From Lepidodermella squamata (Eukaryota; Animalia; Gastrotricha), in assembly GCA_047495785.1 (NCBI GenBank), contig JBLDXI010000010.1:2170001-2234000 (forward strand): a stretch of 64,000 bases of DNA, written 5' to 3'. Shown here in pieces: positions 11,753 to 23,121 of this stretch (the stretch's first letter is position 1; each line of letters starts with the position of its first letter). Made by a program: the position numbers and the translations under genes. The notes beneath the pieces were generated by a model. It saw nothing but the letters and a program-made list of their open reading frames with translations, had not been told where the DNA came from and did no database searches.

Positions 11753-13290
11753 ATGGCATGAAGAGTGGTCCCAACTAGACATGAGTATTCGATTTGTCTG
11801 AACTCCTGCTTTGAAATTGCTCATCGTTTGAGTCGCAGTGCCTATGTATTGTTCTCAGTTCTAGCTCTACGAACTTGCTAACGATTTGTGATTTGCGAAT
11901 AAAAGAGACACATGTAGAACAGCGGTTCCCAAACTTGTTTTCTCGTATGACACACCAGCGTCCTATGATAATGGCTCGTAGGACACCTTGCTAAAATGAA
12001 TGAAATTTGGTTGAGAATGGGTACATTTGTTTGAGCTGGAAATGTATTGCTTGTTAACATTGATTTTTGATGATGGCATCCTCGCGCGAAATTAAAAAAA
12101 TCTCAGGTGAAATATATACTAATCGTGCGAGCGAAGCGAGGAAATTTTCGACACTGAAAGACGACGTATAACTTCTTATAAATGAGCCTCGTGCCTCGGG
12201 AGTTTTCCCAGAAATTAATTTTGGAACAGAGGCCAGTTTAAACAATAAATTCTATCCTCCATCGTCTCTCGATCAGAGGCTTTCATAAACAATTCATAAA
12301 TAGGCAACTTAGCAGACGGTTTTTTTGTATTTCGAGTCTGAAAATGGTCCAAAATGCCTTGTTTCTTAGTGTGGATCTATTTTATCATCTTTTTAATTTT
12401 GAGGCCCATAGGACACAACTGTCCTACGGGAAACTTGAAAGTTGGCATAGCACACGGTTTGTCCTATTGGACATGGTTTAGGAAACGCTGATGCAGAAAA
12501 ATTCACCATGGGGCGACGAGTCGCAATCGAAATTCCATTGTGCCCAGGTTTTTTGAGTAAAATCCGGTCAGCGGCTAGAACTATTGACAGCTTGATTTGA
12601 TTCGCAGCTCTAGTCACTCCTAAATCAGGTATTATTGACTGACAAACCACGAGTTGGAATAATTGACACTTCAAAATGACATCCTGTTAGGTGAAAAGGA
12701 AACTCATACAGTTCGAAAGCCCGACTTTGAGCCGGTTTTTCTTGCTCAAACAGTTTCAGTTAATTAATAAGTTCAACGGCGCTAAAAGAAAGTCAGCGCA
12801 CTATATTGGTATTCCGCGGTGGTGTATAGTGCGAACATGCAAGCCGTGCCGGGAAACAGTTAAATTTCCAAGTTTTGAAAATGTGATGAAATTAAGTGTG
12901 CGACCAAAGTCAAAATATGCCAAGAGTCATTTTTTGAATAATACACGAATTTCAGGCGACGCATGGGTTCTGAATCGAGCACTCTACATTACAGCGAACG
13001 CCGTGATTTATTGTGGCCATCTTGACCTGAAAGATATATCCGAGAAATGATTTCAGGCCGCTAGAAAATTTCAAAATTAGGTTCCGCTCACCGTAAATTT
13101 TGTTGCGGTAAGAGGAAGACCCATTTTATAAATTTCATTTTCGGAACGTACACAACTGTTTATCACGCAAAATTTACTTTCAAAAGCAAAGTGCAGATAA
13201 CGCATAAGCTATTTATTCATAACGGCAAGTGAATGAACGCATCTGACATGTCCTCGAATGTTGAAGAGTCATAATATGGCAGTAAAGCAA

Positions 13291-14286
13291 TCAATCTTCC
13301 CAGACCATCTTGGAAAGAACAAACTCGCCTAAACTTCGCAAAGCACCGTCTTTCTTGAGCCCGTCGTGCAACTCCTTCATCAGCTTCTTCTCATCCAGCA
13401 GCGGCCATCTGTACTGACTGGGTTGATCACCATTGACGATTTGCGCGACTGTCCGGGAACTGATGAAGTAAAACGGAACTGTTGAGCCATCCTTCATTTT
13501 CGCGACGCTGTATTCCCGGAATTGGCCTCCGTAATTCTTCTTGATTTTTGTTCTGACGCCGTCGGCTACACGTCTTCGCTCGTTGGCCGGGCAGAACTCC
13601 CATTCTTTCTTCTCCGAGTCGTAGTAGTCGTTGGCCAGATCCGCATCAGCCTTCGACCTCACGAAAACAACTCTCTGGCCATGTCGAATCGCTTCTTTCG
13701 CAAACCCAACGTCAAACTGAGACAAGCGATTGCCGGTCACAATGATCAGCGAATCCATCAGATACAGAAAGTTGTCAACGTAATAATTCGCGACCGGATG
13801 CTTCTCTGTTGCCGAACCAGGCACGTCCCAGAACACGACGTTTTCAGCGTTCTTGGACTTGCTACGGTGGGGTTCTGGTTTCATTGTGCCCTCCACAACA
13901 CTTGTTAGGGCGTTGGCGCCTGGAACCAACGCGTTGATAAGGCTTGACTTGCCGACCCCGGCTAGACCGATTATGGCGAAGTTGAAGTTGTCGACATTGA
14001 AGCCGAATTCTCTCGCTTTGCTTATGATTTCAGCCTCCATTCGCTTGCGCTTCTTCTCTTTCATAGCCTCGATGCTATTTTTCTCCTCCATCAACCTTAG
14101 CTTCACAGTTTCATCAATTTTACTGGCCATCATTTTCTCCAGATCTGCTATTTGGGCATTGAGCCGCGCAAGCATGGCCTAGTAGTAAAATAGCTAGGTC
14201 AATATCGAGAGAAATCGTAGAAACCTTACCATAATTTCAGGCGGAGTTCGATACTCAACGGTAGGACGGCTTCGGCTTGAACCCAT
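13291..14286 (-). CDS. IRG/IIGP-like GTPase, clade B copy 2, predicted N-myristoylated (MGSSRS)
   Basis: Exon 1 14286-14230 MGSSRSRPTVEYRTPPEIM, intron GTAAGG...TAG, exon 2 14178-13291 with GLAGVGKS, WDVPG, RSKAD. Confidence 0.9.
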
Positions 14287-15945
14287 TGCGATAAAGAAAT
14301 GGTATGTTTGTTCAAACTAAAAACTGCTGATATAATAAATTAAAAAATTAATGCTCGTCAGAGCAGAATATATTTCGAGCGCTAAATTCGAGCTCTAAAT
14401 TGAGAAGCGAAGTCTTATTCATGGTCAGGAAAATTCATGAGAAAAGTAATCAAGTTGCCAATGATCCGGATTAAAAAGATCCGGAGAAATCTGATCAATG
14501 TCGAAATAAGCACCCGGGTTAGGTAGATATTTAACAAGAACCCGCTAATTTTCTTGTTAGAAATCTGATCCTACAGGAAAAATTAGCGAAACTACCAAAT
14601 CATGGGTTTCCCGGGGATCCTCCGCTAAATTCTTCAATGTCTTCGATAAAATGGCGGATAGAGGCGGAAGTTTCAAGATTCAATTTATAAAAGAATTAGT
14701 TGAATCTCCTCAAAAATTAACAAAATGGCCGCGCAACTTTTGGGACACGCTTATCCTAGTTTGTATCCTAGTTTCATGATTGCTTAAATTGCAATCATGG
14801 GCTCTGATTTGGTGTTGTAATGTTGCGATGAATTAGTGGTTTCGATGAAATATTGATTGCTAAAGAAAAATTATGTTGCTGAAGAAAGAAAGTTAAACTG
14901 TGAATGGGGAATATAAAAAACAATGATACGTTGATATCGCATATGCCATATACAATGATACGTCGGGCAGCTATAACAATGATGATAATAAATCAACCGC
15001 GCAAATATTGAAGCGGTGGAACAGTCGCGTGCCGGCAGTGAACGGATTAGTCACGGATTAGCATGAATCATTTTACATTTACAGTGAAACTCCGATTCTG
15101 CGTCCTTTTGCTTTCCGTCTGTCCGGAAATCGGGGTATGTATGTTACGACCCAAGCCAGAAAGCGACCACATCGCGGTCTGGTCGACCAGACCCCGACGT
15201 GGCTTTAGGCGATTTCCACGTCGCGCTCTGGTCGACCAGGATGCGACGGGCCTGCAATCTCTCTTATCAAACACCTTTGTCGGGCTTCGGCTGACAGGTG
15301 TCAACCCAGGTACGGTGGGCTCCAAATCGAGAACAATGGACGCGCGCGCGCATTGTTCCGCCGTGCTCTGGCTCACACGCGCGCGCACGAGCCAGAGCCC
15401 GACGCAGCTACGCATGTACACACCCTAATATTGTATTACTTTACAACCTTGAAACGCTTTGGAGACATTTTATTTAGCACTCAACAGCCATATTTTACTT
15501 GGTAAAATTTCGCTAATGTCGTTGTGATTTTTCTTGAATTATAATGACATTTCAAAAATCGGATAATTTTTTCTTATAAAAGCAACAGCCGAATGATAGG
15601 AATATTAATAATCCATTAATTTTACAAAAACAGCATCGCAAACAAATTGATTTTTTACATCGATAAAATTATTATATTTTAATCGAAATTACGAGCACAG
15701 CAAACATTTTTACAGCATTTTTTCAAGTACATAGCAAGACATACATGTATGGACGAAAAAAAACCAAATTTCCGATCTCAGATTTCATAGCATGAGAAAA
15801 ACAGCAAAACATCAAAATACATAGTATAAATCAGTGAAATTGGCATTGGTGTCGCATCGATATACTACAAACAGTTATACGAAAAGATTTTTTAGCATTC
15901 AAAATTTTTAGTATAATAGCGCCATATAATTCACGTGATATAAAT

Positions 15946-18799
15946 TTAGCTAGTTACTGGCTGTTTTTTATTCTTACAAGTGCGATTGTTGTGGCATTTT
16001 GAGTTGCAAATATAATTATTCCGCTTGCACCAGCAGTGCCCCGATTCGCAGTCCAGCTTGCATTTGCAGCCCTTCTGCGTCTTCTTGCCGTCGTCAGCTG
16101 CCGCATTGTTGCCGGGTCGAGACAGGATTGCCGATGAGCGCAACGACATTTGTTTGTCTGGGACTTCTGACGGCCGAAGGGTGACCAAATCCGTTTTCGT
16201 CACTTCCTGCCGCAGAAAATGTCGATCCAAGCGGCCATGTGGAGTGCCGAGAACGTACTGGCCGCGCTCGGTAACTTCAAGGACAACACCGGCCTCATTT
16301 CGAGGGTCGACAGCGCCGCGATCGAGCTCGGGGATTGGAATTAGCACGTTGTCGCCGGGCTGAAGGGGCGGCAGGCGCTGTTGTGAATCCCGAATCATTC
16401 TGTCCGCTTGCAAGTTGAGATTAGCCGAAGCCATCTTTCGATTGCGAGCCATAGTATTGATGCGGTTATCGATGTTGATTTCTGCGCAATCATCGCAGTG
16501 GGCAGAGTTGACGACTACGTTGGTCACGCACTTCTCACACGCCTTGGCTTGGCCCGCTGTTACAGGTTGAACGACGGGTGTCAGTTGGACTGCCATGAGT
16601 TGAACAGCCGGCTGTAAACAATAAATAAATCAATAAATAATTTCAATAGTTCTTGGTTGGGAAAAAATTGAAGGGCAAACATTGCAGGGGAAGGAATCGA
16701 AATTCGCTCACCTTCTCATTCGCCTTGTTGCCAAGAACCGTTATACTCACTGACGATTCGGATGAAGCAGTCGGCGACAGTTCCGAGACGATTGGTGCAG
16801 GCGTCGGAGTAGTAACGGCCGTTGTCGTTGCCGAAGTCGATGCGATTTTTGACGCGGACGTAGTACCGGGCGTCGTCGTAGAAGCAGCTGTCGCCGTAGT
16901 CGAAGTAGTAACGGCCGTTGTCGTTGCCGAAGTCGATGCGATTTTTGACGCGCACGTAGTACCGGGCGTCGTCGTAGAAGCAGCTGTCGCCGTAGTCGAA
17001 GTAGTAACGGCCGTTGTCGTTGCCGAAGTCGATGCGGCCTTGGTACTGGGCGTCGAAGTAGAAGCGTCAGCAGCCGCCGAGCGGTCAAAGTTTCGTACCA
17101 GCAGATGCTGTTGAGCGGGTTGAAGCTGGTTTGAACTGCTGGCTTGCGGCGTTGCCTCAAGGACGAGGCAGTCGTCATCGGCATCATCATCGGATTAATC
17201 GGTATCACCAGTAACTAAAAGTGATAGGAACAAAACGAATGAATAATTTGGTCGAAAACTGGGAGATAAAAACCAGATAAAAAAAATTAAATGAAACTTA
17301 CTGATTTCGCCGCTCAAGACTTTATCCAAGTCTTTTTCATTCCGAATGAGATCGATGACATCGCGCGGAACGCCGACCAAAGAGTAGAGCCCGCAACGAG
17401 GTCGTTCACCAAATTGGCATTGGTACGGCGTCATTTTCAGCCCGGAATGAACCGACGAGTTGATCGAGTATTGAACCGGCCCAAGCGCCTGGTACCAGTC
17501 ATCGGTGTTATTGTCGACAAGATAGCTAAGTATAGCCCCTTCGACGATTTTGTTGCGATTTTCAACGCTGAAAATGAAGAAAAGCGATATATAACAAATA
17601 ATGATTGAAATTTTGAAATAAATTTAATTTTATAAAATTTCCAATTTTTTTGTAATGCCCAAAAATTTCCAATTAAATTTTCAGCAATTTCTAATTAAAA
17701 AAATCTCTAAAAAAAAATAAATGGATTTTCATTGCTAACCCGCCCTGGGACTGGCTATGCCTCGGCTTGCCATGGATAATTTTGCCGCCAACAAATTTGT
17801 CGTTGATGTGCTTCACCAGTGTCCCATTTGCGAACTCGGAACCTGGGCAATAGAGTTATCATAAAATATTGAAAAAATTGGCAAAAATTATAACAAACCG
17901 TTATCGCAGTGGAGAAGGGCTGGGCAGCCGAAGTCATAAAAAATCGACATTATGACATCTGCCACGGTGAACATGTCCTTACTTGTTAGAGGGCGTATGA
18001 GCACGTATTTCGTGAGCATGTCGACGTAGGTGAGAATGAATCTCCACGGCTTGTCTTGCGTTGTGTTGGTGAAATTCGGCTTCTGTTGCATATCGATCAA
18101 ATCAACCTGCGCCCTGTGACCATACTGCTCACCCGGCCGAGACGGCTTGACCACGGCTCCTTTCTTCTTATGGGTCTTCTTCGCCAAGCACCCAGGGCAG
18201 AACTCGCAATAAATATCGCAAATTTCGCGCGTGATATTTGCTGCAAAATTTTGCACTTCTTGATGGGTTCGACGACCAGCCCGATGATTAGCCCCATGGC
18301 ATTGACCAATTATCTTAAAAAATATATATAATTACCGAAAAATCGAAATTAATTGATCGAACCTAAATAAATTCCTAGGTTGACGAACTACTTTATCAAA
18401 AAAAACCCAAGCGATAAAATTTAGCGGTATGCGATAAAAATCGAAATCGAATGCAACAATAATTAAAATTTGACTTACATCAAAATATTTGTCCACCGTG
18501 TAGTAATACTTGAACTTGGTATTGTCGGCGTCGTTAGCAGCCTTGTCGACCAAGCGATCTTCGCCATTGATGTGTTGGACGAAATAACGGTTTTCGCGAC
18601 GGCGGTCCTTTGACGACTTCTCCGCGTGTTCGGCTGTCTTCAACGTTGCCGCTTTCGTTTCGGCGATGACGTTAGCCAGCTGCTCGGCGTTGAAATGGGC
18701 GCTGTTATCGCCCTTCTTTGCGTCCATGATAGTGAGCAGCTTTGCCTGAAATTGCTCGCGCTGGGCCTGAACGCGGGGATCAGGCACCGGGTCCGCCAT
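15946..18799 (-). pseudogene. Spliced retroviral-integrase-like DDE transposase (KRBA2/SCAND3-like), about 757 codons with one in-frame TAA
   Basis: Exons 18799-18479, 18313-17899, 17842-17740, 17567-17302, 17214-16712, 16611-15946, all phase-compatible. H2C2 finger (CHGANH...FCPGC), DDE (AQVDLID / HCDNGSEF / SQGGVENRN), C-terminal Cys cluster CKCKLDCESGHCWC...CNSKCH. Stop at 17195-17197. Confidence 0.85.
16808..17037. repeat. 96-bp tandem repeat (about 2.4 units) encoding a Thr/Ser/Ala-rich tract in the transposase
   Basis: Units start at 16808, 16904 and 17000. Minus frame reads STSATTTAVTTSTTATAASTTTPGTT. Confidence 0.9.
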
Positions 18800-18900
18800 T
18801 AACTTGAAATTAATAATTACCCTAGAATAGAGAAAAACAAACAATAGAGCAAATTAACAACAAATCGGCCAACATTTTTTATTGTAACGGTTCAATTATT

Positions 18901-18982
18901 GGTTCAGTGAAAAGGTTCAGTGAAAAGGTTCACACGTCATAGTCACAGTGAAAAGGTTCAGTGAAAAGGTTCACACGTCATA
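18901..18982. repeat. 13-bp tandem repeats (GGTTCAGTGAAAA) upstream of the transposase
   Basis: Directly visible, in two duplicated blocks ending CACACGTCATAG. Confidence 0.8.
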
Positions 18983-20362
18983 GATCTTGTTCGTCGAAGA
19001 TCGGAAGGTCGGGGAGGCTGTCGATGACTGCTTGACGGGCACGTTTTTCTTCGGCCAAACGTGCTTGACGGGCACGCTTTTCTTCGGCCAAACGGGCCTT
19101 TTCTGCTTCCTCGACAGGGTCTACTCGGTCGGGGACGGGGAAGATGACGCGAATGTTGTATCCGATAACCCAGTAGACCCCGGCGATCTCGGGATCGGCG
19201 ACAGCCGGCATCTAACGAGTGCCGTCGTCGAAATCGACTGGGACTTCGAGGACAAGCTGATCATCAAAATTCGACGACGACAGTGCAAGATGTATCAAGT
19301 GAAATGTAAAAAATCTAAACATAAACATACAGAGGCCACGTAGCAAGAATTCCATAGACTTTTGGATAGATATTTTATTCTTATAAAAATTAGCAAATTT
19401 TTAAGGCGGCTATATTATAAGACTCGTAATGTAGTGAAAATAACGACAACAAGCCGGATTACTATTAGGAATGTTAGGATTATTAGGAATCTGCGCGTAA
19501 CTTTGAAATGCTGTAAAAAGAGACAGGGTTCCACCGATAAGGAATGAAAGGAAAAGGTTCCAACAGGGTTCCCCACTAGTCATAGGGCAAGTTCGATAGC
19601 GAAGAAACGGAATTGAGGGGAGTTGGCATCTTATTAATAGGGCCTTGCAAAAATTGGCTACACAAAAAGATAGGCAAGAGGTAGGATGTTGATAGGGTGT
19701 GATTTCTCGGAACTTAAACCCTCCTTAATCCACCTGAGTACACACTTCACGCATCTAATCACTGCGAGAGGGCGGTATTATACCAGCAGTATTCAGGCGG
19801 CTCAGAATGTTATGCTACAAATAAAGGGAAAAAAGGAAAACTCTAAAAGACATACTCTTAAAGGCAGTCTTTTAACCGTGCTAGACAAAAAAATGGAAAT
19901 CAACTAAAACAGGGGGCCAAATTTAGGGTTTGAAATCAAAGGTAAATTGAAGGAAATTATAAAGCTAAAACGGGATTAATGATGACTCCCCTCGACATTT
20001 GCGACATTAGGTGGATATTGCGTGACAATTAGGGCGCGACTCGTGACTCGCGCGAGATGCGATATGCGTCTGTCAAGCGGCTGGCCTATGAGATGAAAGT
20101 GCGGCTCCTCTCGACAGCGTTAACGCGCATTCCTGTTATTTCTTTCAATGAGCCGCTATCCATCAGCTATCTATCAGCAGCACCTGGATACTGTACTTTC
20201 CTTCGTGTCAAAAGTCAGTTTAAGTCGTATTTATTACACCCTGCTCACGTTTCGCTCAAAATTAATCAGTTCTGGCCATCATATTTATTTTATTCAAAAA
20301 AATCGTGAAAAAACAACGGGTTTAATAGATGCATAAAGATCTAAAATTTCAACAACTTTTAA

Positions 20363-21352
20363 CCCTCTAATGCCGGCAGCTGCTTAGTTTATACAAATTG
20401 AGTATACTCATTGGGGAAAATTCACTCATTTTGAGTTAACTAACACGCAACTTGTGTAAACTCAGTCTGGGAGGCGTTTTTCAGGCTTCTGGGCTTGAGG
20501 CCGATTATACACACGTGTCACCTGAGTTTACTCATGCTTGAAAACTTGTATAAACTCGCTCTTGAGTTAACACAGGAAGAGCGCAAAAATCACATGTATT
20601 TTATTCACAATTTTACAAAATTGATAAAAGTGATAAAAAATTCGCGATGAAACAGCATGCAGTGGCAAGTGGAACGTCGGCTTGCGGCGCCATATCAGCA
20701 GCGCAGGTAGATGTCGCGACCAGTTGTTGGGCGGTGCGCTTCGGATCCGCTGTAGGTACCGCTAAAAGAGGTTGACTTACCATATTTGAAATAAAACTTA
20801 AAATAAAATATAAACTAAAGATGTGTGATTCTAATGCGCTCTCCCTGTGCAGTTTATATGTCCGATCGTATGCATTATGAGTGAGCATTTATTATTGCGT
20901 AACTATAGAAAACGCATTACTGTTACGCAATGTTATGTTGCGCAACATCTGCCACGACATGCGTGCACGTCATGTCCTGAATTATTTATTTCCCCCACCA
21001 AAAATGAAAAAACAAGATATCGAAATAACTATAGGTGCATGAGTAAACTCAAGTGATAGTTGTGTTAATACAAAACTGTTTGCATCGATGCACACAAAAC
21101 AGGCCGCCCGCGCGACCCCCGTGTCATTTGGTCGATATTTGACTGAGTTTACACAAAAAGCAGGCGTACCCGTGATTTGCGCGCACACCTGTGTTACGTA
21201 ATCAACGCGGCGAGTCTGCGGTTTTCGGAATCGGGTAGCCCAGATGGCCATCTAAACGTTTACCAAAACGTTTTTCCTGAATAAGTCGGGAAGTATGAGA
21301 ATTCAAGGTGAATAGCCGCAGTTTGAGTATACACGTTCCCGGCATTAGAGGG
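20363..21352. mobile_element. Non-autonomous piggyBac-type element nested in the large transposon
   Basis: TTAA-CCCTCTAATGCCGG ... CCGGCATTAGAGGG-TTAA. Confidence 0.85.
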
Positions 21353-21909
21353 TTAACGGTGTCGAGAACATGACAATGATGAGAATCCAAGGTTGTAAAG
21401 TAATAAAATATTAGGGTGTGTACATGCGTAGCTGCGTCGGGCTCTGGCTCGTGCGCGCGCGTGTGAGCCAGAGCACGGCGGAACAATGCGCGCGCGCGTC
21501 CATTGTTCTCGATTTGGAGCCCACCGTACCTGGGTTGACACCTGTCAGCCGAAGCCCGACAAAGGTGTTTGATAAGAGAGATTGCAGGCCCGTCGCATCC
21601 TGGTCGACCAGAGCGCGACGTGGAAATCGCCTAAAGCCACGTCGGGGTCTGGTCGACCAGACCGCGATGTGGTCGCTTTCGGACTTTGGTCGTAACATGT
21701 GTTTATACATTCTTCATTAATTTCCGCAGCATCGAATTGCATGTAAATTGACCCGGATTAGCCGTATTTTCGGATTTCCCGCCCGATTTTTTGGCCGGCC
21801 CGTAGATGACGCCAAATCGGGGTTTCACTGCGTATTAACAAAATAATAATAATATTATGTCTCATAGATAAATAAAAAAGATAGATCTGACACGCTAGTA
21901 CATTTATGT

Positions 21910-21994
21910 GTGCCGAAATGATTCATCAGAGTCGACCTAAGGCTAGCTGCGTTCCATCTACAGCCCTCCGCTCTACCAGCTGAGCTATCGTGGG
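21910..21994 (-). tRNA. tRNA-Tyr(GTA) pseudogene with intron
   Basis: GATAGCTCAGCTGGTAGAGCGGAGGGCTGTAG-intron-CCTTAGGTCG. T arm and acceptor stem decayed. Confidence 0.7.
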
Positions 21995-22073
21995 TTTGGT
22001 GGCAATGTTGCACCCACAATAGCTTTTCATCTTGTTGAGATATCTATTCACGGCAAGAACGCCAAAAAATGAG

Positions 22074-22147
22074 TTGCCACTGGGAGGATCGAACTCATGA
22101 CCTTCGCGTTATTAGCACGACGCTCTAACCAACTGAACTAAGCGGCC
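22074..22147 (-). tRNA. tRNA-Ile(AAT), possibly pseudogene
   Basis: GGCCGCTTAGTTCAGTTGGTTAGAGCGTCGTGCTAATAACGCGAAGGTCATGAGTTCGATCCTC... followed by T6. Some stem mismatches. Confidence 0.8.
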
Positions 22148-22215
22148 AGATGAGTTCAGCTAACCTGAAGCAGTCTGTGATCTGAGAAATAAACTGAATT
22201 ATTTTTTCAAAAGTG

Positions 22216-22295
22216 TGACCTCGACGTGAGACGTGACTTGAACACGCAAACTTCTGTTCTGGAGTCAGACGCTCTGCCAATTGAGCTACGTAATC
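22216..22295 (-). tRNA. tRNA-Trp(CCA) pseudogene
   Basis: GCGTCTGACTCCAGAACAGAAG...GCGTGTTCAAGTCACGTC with a 7-nt duplication (TCACGTC)2. Confidence 0.75.
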
Positions 22296-22364
22296 GTTGT
22301 CTGAAAGCAGCGCTGTCAATCGAGTCTGAAGATGACAAATCGCCAGCGCCGGCATAAAAACACT

Positions 22365-22436
22365 AGGGAAGTCCGGGAATCGAACCCGGGACCTCTCGCA
22401 CCCTAAGAGAGAATCCTTCCACTAGACCAACAGGCC
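22365..22436 (-). tRNA. tRNA-Pro(AGG), possibly pseudogene
   Basis: GGCCTGTTGGTCTAGTGG...TCTCTCTTAGGGTGCGAGAGGTCCCGGGTTCGATTCCCGG. Acceptor stem mismatched. T5 follows. Confidence 0.8.
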
Positions 22437-22512
22437 TCTACAACGTTTATCACGCTGCAACCGAAACATCAGCCAACACAGCAAATTCAGCAGTAATAAA
22501 CAAAACGGATTG

Positions 22513-22617
22513 AGGTCCTGTCGAGAGTCGAACTCGGGTCGGTGGATTCAGTGTCCAGAGTGCAGTGTCAGAACCACTACACCACTACACTACACTACAC
22601 TACACTGTGACAGAACC
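22513..22617 (-). tRNA. tRNA-Gln(CTG) pseudogene with (GTGTA)n expansion in the D-arm region
   Basis: GCACTCTGGACACTGAATCCACCGACCCGAGTTCGACTCTCG. 5' part expanded by a microsatellite. Confidence 0.75.
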
Positions 22618-23121
22618 GCGACAAGTTGGCGATAGCTTCATCGAAATGATATCTGAGTTTGGATATAACTCCACTGAACTATGCGAAAACCATAGCACAG
22701 AAAACCCAGCCTCAAATCTGCTTGGACTTCCGTGTCAGGATTGGGCGAGGCAAAACTCCAATCTTTGGCGTTTATGGAAGTATTTGTGTGGAAGGTCTCT
22801 GTATTTTGCAGTATGGCGTCACTTTGTGTGAATCGAACGAACAAAGTATTAATAAGTATTGCCACAAAAGCTTATTTCTCAGAGCAGAGAAATTCGCCAT
22901 AAAACTGGAGAGGGACTGTCTGGAGGAATGCCATTATCATCTTGTCCCATAGAAAAGATTTCACCATGTTCAGTAATTTTCAATAATACGATCTCGTGAA
23001 TTTATGGAAATTTATTAAACTTCAAGTTTCAAATCAAAAGACAAATCATTGACATGAACGATTCATTGGATTTCACAACATAACTGGTGACAGCTCACAC
23101 ATAAGTACATCTTGATAGCAA

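Larger units (their letters stand above)
15142..21697 (-). mobile_element. Ginger/GingerRoot-like DNA transposon with 310-bp TIRs
   Basis: Near-identical inverted repeats 15142-15451 and 21388-21697 with TGT...ACA termini. Flanks TGTA/TGTG (imperfect 4-bp TSD). Encloses an integrase-type transposase. Confidence 0.8.
15082..21830. mobile_element. Tc1/mariner-type MITE split into two halves (15082-15141 and 21698-21830) by the large transposon
   Basis: Ends TA-CAGTGAAACTCCGATT / AATCGGGGTTTCACTG. An intact relative lies at 56436-56606. Confidence 0.7.

Noticed and set aside
15063-15428. ORFs duplicated at 15.1-15.4 kb and 21.4-21.7 kb
   Set aside because: Chance frames in the GC-rich TIRs.
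15142-15451. TG...CA repeat read as an LTR pair
   Set aside because: The copies are inverted, there is no gag or RT between them, and the flanking MITE halves support a single TIR element.
16653-17208. Val/Ala-rich plus-strand ORF and Arg-rich minus-strand ORF
   Set aside because: Alternative frames of the transposase repeat exon.
18901-18982. Short repeats as a CRISPR array (also 24915-25250 and 41450-41790)
   Set aside because: No unique spacers; eukaryotic context; these are tandem or subterminal transposon repeats.
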